Shown piece by piece: positions 1 to 8,031 of a stretch of 50,066 nt of DNA. The position numbers and the translations under genes were made by a program. The notes beneath the pieces were generated by a model, which did no database searches, was not told where the DNA came from, and saw nothing but the letters and a program-made list of their open reading frames with translations. Source of the stretch: an uncultured Eubacteriales bacterium (GTDB lineage Bacteria > Bacillota > Clostridia > TANB77 > RGIG9151); the NCBI GenBank assembly GCA_964631135.1, contig CAZVVZ010000001.1:1-50066 (forward strand), written 5' to 3'. How positions within the stretch are numbered: position 1 is the stretch's first letter; each line of letters begins with the position of its first letter.

Positions 1-11
1 TTTACATTGAT

Positions 12-170
12 ATTAGTTACCAGTCAGACTATATGAAAAAAAGATATATGTTTTATCGGAACTCAGGATTTGCTACGAAAGACTTTAAAAAATACGGGAA
101 GTCTTTCGGCAAATATTCGTTCCTTTTAAAACATATATCTTTTTTTCATATAGTCTGACTGGTAACTAAT
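12..170 (+). repeat. T1 long-hairpin (foldback) repeat, copy A, forward orientation (CTCAGG arm first)
   Basis: Near-perfect 159-bp foldback: attagttaccagtcagactatatgaaaaaaagatatatgtttta ... taaaacatatatctttttttcatatagtctgactggtaactaat. It encloses the conserved T1 core cggaactcaggatttgc..gaaagactt-loop-aagtctttcggcaaatattcgttcc. Confidence 0.9.
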
Positions 171-192
171 ATTTTGTCGTGAATCGACATGA
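167..192 (+). repeat. M3 module, 3' hairpin part only (taatattttgtcgtgaatcgacatga)
   Basis: 26-nt match (24/26) to 46964-46989. The two differences convert a T/T mismatch into a C:G pair in the small hairpin tgtcg(t)gaa(t)cgaca. Confidence 0.6.
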
Positions 193-194
193 TA

Positions 195-224
195 TGGACG
201 AAGTCTATTTTTTTGTGATACAAT
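195..224 (+). promoter_or_regulatory. Candidate sigma-A promoter with extended -10 (tggacg-N18-TGaTACAAT)
   Basis: tgtgatacaat at 214-224 matches the extended -10 TGnTAnAAT. The -35 tggacg is weak. It lies 34 nt upstream of the ATG at 258. Confidence 0.4.
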
Positions 225-257
225 GTTCCTAGGGATAAAAGAAAAGGAGAGGAACAA

Positions 258-1994
258 ATGAAATTTACAAAAGATTCAATAAAAAATATAATTTTCTATT
301 CTGGCTTAATGCTGCTATCCTTTCTAGTTACGACACTAATCATATCGTCCGTAAACTTTTTATTTAAGGGCAGAATTAACTCAATAACGGCTGTAATTTC
401 GATCATTCTATCTATAGCTGTATTCTTCCTGGTAACTTATAAACAGCCTAAAACAGAAGCTATTTTAGGTTTAATTTTAGGCGTGGTTATTTTTGCCGTA
501 TTTATTTTTATAACTCAAAACATTTTAGATTTTGCTCATGACAGCAATTGGTACCATAAAGCAGCTTTAGGGAGTTTAGCTAATGGTTGGAATCCGGTTT
601 ATGAAGAATTTGGGGAATTTGCTAACAATTCAGATTTAAATATAACGGACATGAATTATGCAGCAATATTTACACAGCATTATTGCAAGGCTTCTTGGAT
701 TACAGGGGCTAATATATATTGCTTAACAGGTAATATAGAAACAGGGAAATCAGTTAATTTGTTAATGGCATATATATTGTTTGTGCTTACATTTCATTAT
801 TTGTCGAAGGTATATTTAAAATGGTGGCAGTCATTGATTGTTAGTGGACTTATGGTATACAATCCGCTTACTGTTTCTCAGATTTTCACGTTGTATGTAG
901 ATAATTTATTATATACTTGCTTATTTGGAATTATAGTTATGCTGTTCGGAATTTCGGATAAAAAGTATGATTTGGACGAAAAGATAAAATATTATGTATT
1001 ATTTGGCTTAGTAGTTTTTTGTGTAAATATAAAGTTTACAGGGCTGGCATATGCAGGAGTTTTCTGCTTACTGTTTTATATAATCTGGATTATACATTCT
1101 ATAGTGAATAAGAACTTTAAGCAAGTTTTCATTAAAAACACTGTTTTTTATATAATAACATGCAGCATAGCGATTTTTTTAGTTGGATTTTCTACATATG
1201 TTACAAATTATTTGGACGATGGACATCCCTTATATCCGCTGGCAGGGGAAAATAAGAGAGATATTATGACCGGAAATCAGCCAACAGCATTTAATAAAAT
1301 TAACGGTATAGATCGACTTCTTATTTCTGTATTTTCAAAAACAGAAAATATTACAGGGAAAAAATTACCTGATTTAAAATTTCCGTTTATTGTTTATGAA
1401 GAGGAGGAGGAAATAGTTTCAGTTGGACCGGATACCAGGATTGCAGGTTTTGGCCCACTCTTTGGCGGCATACTATGCTTTTCCGCTGCTATATTAACAT
1501 TTGGAACATACTGCTTATTTAAATTAAATAAATATTGGTTTGCAATTATTATTTCTAATATTGCTGTCATCTTAACGTTGTTACTTTGTATAGAAGAAAG
1601 CTGGTGGGCGAGGTATTCCCCGTATTTTTATTTGATACCTATGCTTGCATTAGTAATTATTTTTATAGCATTTAACAATGAAGTTAAGCTTTTCAAATGC
1701 TTAATAGGAGCGATTTGTGCAGTTTGCATATTTTTACTTGTGAAAAATACAAATTACTTTGTTAAGTATGTTGATAGGTGTATTATAGATTCTAAAACAA
1801 CACTTGAAAATTTAGAAAAAGTCAGAAAAGCATCAGAAGATGGGCCGGTAAAAATTTCATTGATTGTTTCTTCACATTATGGTATTGAATTTAACTTAAA
1901 AGATGCCGATATAAATTACGTTAAAGTTGAGCCGTATACTGTTACTCCGAATAAATTATATGGCGAACTTATGTATGTGGAGGATATAGAGTGA
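258..1994 (+). CDS. Large polytopic integral membrane protein; possible GT-C-type lipid-linked-sugar-dependent glycosyltransferase
   Basis: 578-aa ORF with SD aaaggagagg just upstream of the ATG. Hydrophobic helices run through about residue 500, followed by a soluble tail. The stop overlaps the GTG start of the next gene (GTGA). The functional call rests only on topology and neighbours. Confidence 0.45.
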   Translation: MKFTKDSIKNIIFYSGLMLLSFLVTTLIISSVNFLFKGRINSITAVISIILSIAVFFLVTYKQPKTEAILGLILGVVIFAVFIFITQNILDFAHDSNWYHKAALGSLANGWNPVYEEFGEFANNSDLNITDMNYAAIFTQHYCKASWITGANIYCLTGNIETGKSVNLLMAYILFVLTFHYLSKVYLKWWQSLIVSGLMVYNPLTVSQIFTLYVDNLLYTCLFGIIVMLFGISDKKYDLDEKIKYYVLFGLVVFCVNIKFTGLAYAGVFCLLFYIIWIIHSIVNKNFKQVFIKNTVFYIITCSIAIFLVGFSTYVTNYLDDGHPLYPLAGENKRDIMTGNQPTAFNKINGIDRLLISVFSKTENITGKKLPDLKFPFIVYEEEEEIVSVGPDTRIAGFGPLFGGILCFSAAILTFGTYCLFKLNKYWFAIIISNIAVILTLLLCIEESWWARYSPYFYLIPMLALVIIFIAFNNEVKLFKCLIGAICAVCIFLLVKNTNYFVKYVDRCIIDSKTTLENLEKVRKASEDGPVKISLIVSSHYGIEFNLKDADINYVKVEPYTVTPNKLYGELMYVEDIE

Positions 1995-2854
1995 AGAGAT
2001 ATTTAAAATTAATGAGAGCCCGGCATTATATTAAAAATTTGCTTATTTTATTGCCACTTGTTTTTGGTGGCAGTTTATTTAATATAGAATTATTAAGAAC
2101 CAATGTATTGGGTTTTATATCATTTTGTTTAACAGCATCATTTATATATGTCATAAACGATATTGCGGATGTGAATCAGGATAAATTGCATCCGATAAAA
2201 TGTAAAAGACCTATTGCATCTGGAGATATAGAGAAGAAAAATGCGATTATTTTCGCAATTATGCTATTTATCATTTCAGCTGTATGCAATTACTTTATTT
2301 ATGTAAAAAGCGGAGAGTTGGCTTTAATACTTTGGAGTATATATATTTTAATCAATTTTGCATATAGCTTTGGGCTGAAAAAAGTTCCTGTTATTGACGT
2401 AATAATTTTAGCTCTCGGATTTCTAATAAGAGTCTTGTATGGAGGAGCTATAAGCGGAATAGAAGTGTCTAACTGGCTATGCTTTACCGTTTTAACTATT
2501 TCTTTATATATGAGTTTAGGAAAAAGGAGAAGCGAGCTAAAAAATCAGGGAGAATGTGTGAGAAGGGTTTTAAGGTATTACAATTATAAAGCTATAAATA
2601 TTTTTATGTATATATTTTTTGTATTAACTCTTTGCTTTTATACATTATGGTGTGTGAAGACTGTATTACTAGGGCAATCTTCCATATTTTTATATTTTAC
2701 TATTTTATTGGTTTTGTTAGTTATTGCAAGATATAGTAAAGATATTGAAGGAAAAACTGACGGGGATCCGATTAGTGTATTGTCAAAAGACAAGTGGCTT
2801 ATAATAGGAGGACTTGTATATGCTTTTTGCTTATTTATAATTCTTTATTGCTAG
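1991..2854 (+). CDS. UbiA-superfamily prenyl-phosphate transferase, resembling decaprenyl-phosphate 5-phosphoribosyltransferase-type enzymes
   Basis: 287-aa polytopic ORF with a GTG start 8 nt after GGAGG. Asp-rich motif NDIADVNQDKLHP sits in the first cytoplasmic loop, as is typical of the UbiA superfamily. Confidence 0.6.
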   Translation: MKRYLKLMRARHYIKNLLILLPLVFGGSLFNIELLRTNVLGFISFCLTASFIYVINDIADVNQDKLHPIKCKRPIASGDIEKKNAIIFAIMLFIISAVCNYFIYVKSGELALILWSIYILINFAYSFGLKKVPVIDVIILALGFLIRVLYGGAISGIEVSNWLCFTVLTISLYMSLGKRRSELKNQGECVRRVLRYYNYKAINIFMYIFFVLTLCFYTLWCVKTVLLGQSSIFLYFTILLVLLVIARYSKDIEGKTDGDPISVLSKDKWLIIGGLVYAFCLFIILYC

Positions 2855-2881
2855 TGTTCTTGATATTGTTTAGAGCTAAAG

Positions 2882-2893
2882 CTGACTAGTAAC
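2882..2893 (-). repeat. Solo T1 terminus fragment (ctgactagtaac)
   Basis: 12/12 match to the right terminus of T1 copy G (cagtctgactagtaaccaat, 46861-46880). No partner arm is nearby. Confidence 0.4.
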
Positions 2894-2950
2894 GTATTCT
2901 TTATATTAAAACGGTTAAGATAAGTAAAAAACGAGTGGAGAAAACTTTAG

Positions 2951-3859
2951 ATGAAGAGGTTGATAATGGGTATTGTTATTTTAATAATGTTGTTTTTGTT
3001 GATGCTATGCATAACAGCACGAATATACGAAAAAAATTTTGGATATAGGAGCAATATAACGTTAGAAGAAACAGAAGAAATATTGGGCCAGCACCCTGAG
3101 TTAAAAAGAGAAAAAGAAGAAATCCTAACAAAAGAGGATATAAAACTAATAGGATATTGGTATAATCGAAAAGATAATCAACCTGTAATAATATTTTCTC
3201 AAGGAATTGGAACAAGGGTGATTGGATATATAAATGAAATAAGTTATTTTGCAACTAATGGATATACTGTTTTTGCATTTGATAATACCGGATCCGGGGA
3301 AAGCGAAGGGGAAAATATAAGAGGATTACCTCAGTCCGTTATTGATTTGGATTGTGTTTTGTCATATATTGAAAATTTAGAAGAAACTAAAGACAAAAAA
3401 ATATTTTTATATGGACATAGTTGGGGAGGATTTGCTGTTTGTGCGGTAAATAATTTGAATCATAGAATATCGGGAGTAGTAGAACGTTCCGGATTTAACA
3501 GTACTAGCACAATGATTCATAGTGCTGTTACATCAAGGCAAAACAAAGTAGTAGCAGACATGATAAATCCTTTTGTAAAAATATATGAATTTTTAAAGTT
3601 TGGGAAATATTCAAAACTAACTGCAGTAGACGGAATAAATTCTTCAGATATACCTATTATGATAATGCATAGTTATGATGATGATGTGGTTCCGTATGAA
3701 GTGGGGATTGCTAATTTTAAACAAGAAATTACAAACCCAAACGTTAAGATTAAAACATATGAAGATAGGAAACATACGGTAACTCATAAGAATAATGAAT
3801 ATGACTATGAAGTTTTAAAAGAGATAAAAAATTTTTTTGACGAAATTCTTATTATATAA
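2951..3859 (+). CDS. Membrane-anchored alpha/beta-fold hydrolase (serine esterase/peptidase-like)
   Basis: 302-aa ORF with an N-terminal hydrophobic anchor, a nucleophile elbow GHSWGG, and later D and H residues (HSYDDDVV, RKHTV) compatible with a catalytic triad. Confidence 0.7.
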   Translation: MKRLIMGIVILIMLFLLMLCITARIYEKNFGYRSNITLEETEEILGQHPELKREKEEILTKEDIKLIGYWYNRKDNQPVIIFSQGIGTRVIGYINEISYFATNGYTVFAFDNTGSGESEGENIRGLPQSVIDLDCVLSYIENLEETKDKKIFLYGHSWGGFAVCAVNNLNHRISGVVERSGFNSTSTMIHSAVTSRQNKVVADMINPFVKIYEFLKFGKYSKLTAVDGINSSDIPIMIMHSYDDDVVPYEVGIANFKQEITNPNVKIKTYEDRKHTVTHKNNEYDYEVLKEIKNFFDEILII

Positions 3860-3895
3860 AACGGTGAACTTTGTAAGGCCACTAAAAAAGCCTTC

Positions 3896-4036
3896 GCAAA
3901 TAAAAAATAGCACAGATGTCATATAGTTTAACGTTGCTCAGAATTCACGGCGGAAACCCTTATCATATGCTATAGGGTGGTTTTCTGTGAATATTCGCAT
4001 CTTTTTAAACTATATGACATCTGTGTTATTTTTTGC
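3896..4036 (+). repeat. T2 long-hairpin repeat, copy 1 (forward); weaker palindromic flanks extend to about 3866-4063
   Basis: atagcacagatgtcatatagtttaacgttgctcagaattcacggcggaaaccc ... gggtggttttctgtgaatattcgcatctttttaaactatatgacatctgtgttat. It is about 90% identical to the reverse complement of 20763-20887. It lies between convergent genes. Confidence 0.85.
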
Positions 4037-4063
4037 AAAAACTTTTTCAACTGCTTCACAAAG

Positions 4064-5032
4064 TTAAACTTTTTTCTTAAATGCAAATAATTTTAATAAT
4101 AAAAAAGTAACGGGTATTCCGAATATTGCAGCTAAGCAGTATACCAGTAATTTTTCCCAGCCTAAAATATTATAAAAAAGTATTACAAATCCGTTTTGTA
4201 TTAAAAAGTTTGGTATATATGAAATACAAAATTTCACAAATTTTTTTAATGATAAATTTTCCTTAAAAGTTAGAAAACTATTAAGTAAGTATGCGATAGA
4301 AAGGCTTGTTAAGTACCCTACAATAAAAGCTAGATTTACATTTTTTATTATTAGAGAATAGAGATAAGCAAAACCAATACCGTTTATTGTATTTATGACT
4401 CCAATTATTAAAAACATAATAAATTGCAATGAGAGGAATGTCTTTTTTAGTTTAGTAAATAATGAAGGTTTATATGTATCCCACCCTATTAACTTTTCTT
4501 TCTGAACGATATAGGCATTTTTTGCAATGTTTTTAAGTGGTGTGTCAGATAACGAATCTGAGTAAAAAGTGTCTATGGTTTCTTTTGGAAACACATTATA
4601 AAATCTTTTAACTTTTTCCTCACCATAGCAGTTTTCACCTGTGTATTTTCCGGTTTCTTTATCTACAACTGAAGCCATAAGCTTTTGAATTTTTAATTCC
4701 AAACAAATTGGTTCAAGTAAAAATTCCGGAGATGCCGAGATTACTATGTCACTATCAAAATGAGAACTTTTATACCATTTTTTTATCTTGTGTTTGTTTT
4801 TTTTCCAAAAATCTTTTATGTAACTGTCAATATTATTTATTCCGCTAAATACCTCAAAAAATTTCTCTTTAAATTGAGTTTTGGTTAAAAAGCCAAAAAG
4901 GTATTTTGTAAAAGCCCATGCTTGTTTAGGGAGAAACTTTAATAGGGAAGGTTGCCTTTTTATGCAGTAAAAATAGAAGTCTACTGTGCTATCTCCGTCA
5001 TATATTGTTTTATCAAAATCGTATACGTTCAT
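4064..5032 (-). CDS. Fusion protein: N-terminal HAD-superfamily phosphatase domain plus C-terminal GtrA-like 4-TM domain
   Basis: 322-aa ORF. The N-terminus MNVYDFDKTIYDGDS carries the HAD DxDxT motif. The C-terminal ~130 aa contain four hydrophobic helices with GtrA-like spacing (FIMFLIIGVINT...FLLLKLFAFKK). Confidence 0.6.
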   Translation of the reverse strand: MNVYDFDKTIYDGDSTVDFYFYCIKRQPSLLKFLPKQAWAFTKYLFGFLTKTQFKEKFFEVFSGINNIDSYIKDFWKKNKHKIKKWYKSSHFDSDIVISASPEFLLEPICLELKIQKLMASVVDKETGKYTGENCYGEEKVKRFYNVFPKETIDTFYSDSLSDTPLKNIAKNAYIVQKEKLIGWDTYKPSLFTKLKKTFLSLQFIMFLIIGVINTINGIGFAYLYSLIIKNVNLAFIVGYLTSLSIAYLLNSFLTFKENLSLKKFVKFCISYIPNFLIQNGFVILFYNILGWEKLLVYCLAAIFGIPVTFLLLKLFAFKKKV

Positions 5033-5109
5033 AGTTCTTCCTCCTACTATAATAGATACTAAAATATTTTATCATAAGTTTAGTTTGTTATTCAATGATT
5101 TTGTTGGAA

Positions 5110-5300
5110 GTTACTAGTCGGGCTATTAGTGTTTAAACTGTTACTATATGTAAATAAAATATATGTTTTAAAAGGAACGAATATTTGCAGAAAGACTTCC
5201 TCTAATTTTTTTGAAGTCTTTCGTCGCAAATCCTGAGTTCCGATAAAACATATATTTTATTTACATATAGTAACAGTTTAAACACTAACAGTCAGACTAC
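5110..5300 (-). repeat. T1 long-hairpin repeat, copy B, reverse orientation
   Basis: Perfect inverted repeat 5127-5287 (tagtgtttaaactgttactatatgtaaataaaatatatgtttta / reverse complement) around the T1 core in reverse orientation. Degenerate outer termini are gttactagtcgggct (left) and cagtcagactac (right). Confidence 0.9.
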
Positions 5301-5344
5301 CCTTAAAAGTAAAACATATATGTTATTTTCTAGGTAGTCTGACT
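5290..5344. repeat. Internally deleted T1-like mini-hairpin abutting copy B
   Basis: A 12-bp stem agtcagactacc / ggtagtctgact, made of T1 terminal sequence, encloses a 31-nt loop that retains aaaacatatatgtt. Confidence 0.6.
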
Positions 5345-5448
5345 AGCGATTTTTTGAATAATAGCATTATTTTTAATATTGACAATATTAAAAATTTGAG
5401 GTATTGTAATAATTGAATTATAACACTTATATATAGAAGGGATGAAAA

Positions 5449-6153
5449 ATGGAACCTATTATAGAAGTTAAAGATGTTACTAAAGTATATAAAGTGGGCA
5501 GTGAGCGAATAGTAGCACTTGACAAAGTAAATTTAACAATAAATAAAGGCGAATTTTGTTGCTTGCTGGGAACTTCAGGTTCCGGTAAATCTACTTTGCT
5601 TAATGTCATGGCAGGAATAGAAAAAATTACATCAGGTGAGATTATTATAAGAAACAGAAAAATAAATAAAATGAGCGAAAGAGAATTATCTATATTTCGT
5701 CAAAAGTACTTAGGCTTTATTTTTCAATCTTATAATTTAATAGCTTCACTTACTGCTTTTGAAAATGTTGAATTACCACTCATTTTTAAAGAAGTTTTGC
5801 CTAAAAAGCGGAAGAAGATGGTTCGCGATATAATAAAAGCAGTTGGGCTTTCAGGCAGAGCAAAACATAAACCGTCTCAGATGAGCGGAGGGCAACAGCA
5901 AAGAGTAGGTATCGCAAGAGCATTTGTAAGTTCACCGGAGATTGTGTTTGCAGATGAGCCAACCGGGAATCTGGACACTAAAACGACCATGGAAATAATG
6001 GGGTTAATAAAAGGAATTGCTAAAGAATATAATCAGACAATAGTTATGGTTACACATGACCCGAGAATTGCAGAATTTGCAGATAAAGTAATTAACATTC
6101 ATGATGGACATATAAAAAGTGTAGAAGAGAAAGAAAGTATTCAAAATATATAA
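5449..6153 (+). CDS. ABC transporter ATP-binding protein (MacB/LolD-like)
   Basis: Walker A GTSGSGKST, signature MSGGQQQR, Walker B IVFADEPT, H-loop VTHD. Confidence 0.9.
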   Translation: MEPIIEVKDVTKVYKVGSERIVALDKVNLTINKGEFCCLLGTSGSGKSTLLNVMAGIEKITSGEIIIRNRKINKMSERELSIFRQKYLGFIFQSYNLIASLTAFENVELPLIFKEVLPKKRKKMVRDIIKAVGLSGRAKHKPSQMSGGQQQRVGIARAFVSSPEIVFADEPTGNLDTKTTMEIMGLIKGIAKEYNQTIVMVTHDPRIAEFADKVINIHDGHIKSVEEKESIQNI

Positions 6154-6176
6154 TTGTAATCTTGGAGGAGATTTAA

Positions 6177-7835
6177 ATGAAAAAGTTTTTATTGGTTTTA
6201 TGTGCAGTTTTAATGATAATATCAACAAGCTTCAGCTTTGCAGAGGAATATGAAGCAGAGTATCCAAAGATAATTTTTGAAAATAAAACAGAAGTTATGA
6301 AAGTAAAGGCAGGAGAAAACTTTGACTTTAAACTTACTATAAAAAATGTGGGCGATGAAGGTGCAAGATACATAACTATTGCAAATGCGGATAAAGAAGC
6401 TCCAATATACTGGGAAACAGCTGTTGATACATATACGATTTATAGGATGAGCGTAGGCGGAAAAAAAGAAATAACCATAAGCTTGAGAGTAAAAGAGACA
6501 GCAGATGTCGGAACATATGCTCTTCCTTTTGATATTACTTATTCAAATTCAAGCGGTACAGAATATTCAAATAAGCAAACAATATATTTTGAAGTTGTTA
6601 AAGAGTATTCAAAGCCTTTAATTTTAGTTAGAAATGTAAAAACAAATCCGGAAGAGGTTACAGCGGATTCTGAAAACAAATTATCTTTTGAAATATATAA
6701 TAACGGCGATTTAGATGCAAGAAGAGTAAAGCTTACATTAAAAGGTTTATCTAAAGACGGATTTATGATAAAAGACTTTATAGATAACAGATATTTTGAC
6801 AATCTTGACGGAAAGGAAAGTAAAAGGGTAAATTTTGACTTATTGGTTTCAGAAAATATTCCGAAAGGCACAAACTCGTTAGATGTTGAATTACAATACT
6901 TTGATCAGGATAATAAAGAATATACAGACACAAAAACAATTTATATAAATAATGTGCAAGGAACTACAAGTGAATCCGGTAAGGGTGTTCCAAAGATAAT
7001 TGTAAGTTCATATGATGTCAGCCCTAGTACAGTTACTGCCGGAAGTACAGTAGCTTTCCAGTTTACATTAAAGAATACACATACTGAAAAATCAATAAAA
7101 AATATGAAGGCTGTAGTTGGCTCGGAGGATGGAACATTTACATTAGAAGGCGGAAGCAACTCATTTTATGTTAGTGAGTTAAAACCGCAAGAAGAAATCA
7201 CAAAGACTTTTTACTTAAGAGCTAAGGCTGATGCTTTATCTCGTGCTTACCCGGTATCTATTGACTTTGATTATGAAGATGCAGATGAGGAAGTGCATAC
7301 TTCTACTGAAAAAATAAATATTCCTGTTGTTGAAAAGACGGAACTTTCTATTGATAATATAAATGGCCCGTATGAGATGTACGTTGGAAATACAGGATAT
7401 ATTTCATTTGAATATTACAATAAGGGAAAAGCAACCATTTCTAATTTATCTGTTACAGTTGAAGGCGACTATTCTTCTGTAAATTCAACTAACTATATTG
7501 GTAACATTGAAGCCGGCAGCGGAAGCTATTCTGAAATAGAGGTAAGAGCGGACGTTGAAGGGCAAGCAAAAGGAACTTTAATATTTTCCTATGAAGATTC
7601 AGTCGGAAATGTAAAAACCTTAGAAAGATCTATAGAAGGACTGGTATATGGTGACGTGCCTGCTTCTGATACGGATTCAGAAATTGATATACCATTTCCG
7701 GAAGAGCAGGAAAAAGAGCATATGGAATGGTGGAAATTGTTACTTATAGGCTTAGGTTCGTTTGCTGTTACTTTGCTTATTGTGAGATTTATTACTATAA
7801 AAGTAATGATGAGAAAGCTAGAAGATGAAATATAA
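6177..7835 (+). CDS. Secreted beta-rich repeat-domain protein with C-terminal membrane anchor (COG1361/CARDB-like by resemblance)
   Basis: 552 aa with a signal peptide MKKFLLVLCAVLMIISTSFSFA. There are about four ~110-aa segments of similar composition (…V..G…F.F.L.N.G…). The C-terminal TM segment WWKLLLIGLGSFAVTLLIV is followed by basic residues. Confidence 0.55.
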   Translation: MKKFLLVLCAVLMIISTSFSFAEEYEAEYPKIIFENKTEVMKVKAGENFDFKLTIKNVGDEGARYITIANADKEAPIYWETAVDTYTIYRMSVGGKKEITISLRVKETADVGTYALPFDITYSNSSGTEYSNKQTIYFEVVKEYSKPLILVRNVKTNPEEVTADSENKLSFEIYNNGDLDARRVKLTLKGLSKDGFMIKDFIDNRYFDNLDGKESKRVNFDLLVSENIPKGTNSLDVELQYFDQDNKEYTDTKTIYINNVQGTTSESGKGVPKIIVSSYDVSPSTVTAGSTVAFQFTLKNTHTEKSIKNMKAVVGSEDGTFTLEGGSNSFYVSELKPQEEITKTFYLRAKADALSRAYPVSIDFDYEDADEEVHTSTEKINIPVVEKTELSIDNINGPYEMYVGNTGYISFEYYNKGKATISNLSVTVEGDYSSVNSTNYIGNIEAGSGSYSEIEVRADVEGQAKGTLIFSYEDSVGNVKTLERSIEGLVYGDVPASDTDSEIDIPFPEEQEKEHMEWWKLLLIGLGSFAVTLLIVRFITIKVMMRKLEDEI

Positions 7836-7885
7836 AAAGCAAAAAGATATATGATAATATTATGATGACATAGGGGGCGAGGAAT

Positions 7886-8017
7886 ATGGATATGACGACT
7901 TCAACCGGGACTGAATTGGATTGGCTTTTAATAGGAGTTATTGCAGGTAGTGTTATTTTAGGAATTGTTGTTGGAATTTTACTTGGAAGAAAGGCAATGA
8001 AGAAGAGAGATATTTAA
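7886..8017 (+). CDS. Small single-pass membrane protein (43 aa), absent from the ORF track
   Basis: atg at 7886 preceded by gggggcgagg. It translates to MDMTTSTGTELDWLLIGVIAGSVILGIVVGILLGRKAMKKRDI, one TM helix plus a basic tail. It fills the gap between two co-oriented genes. Confidence 0.4.
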   Translation: MDMTTSTGTELDWLLIGVIAGSVILGIVVGILLGRKAMKKRDI

Positions 8018-8031
8018 TTGGCGGTGAAAAT

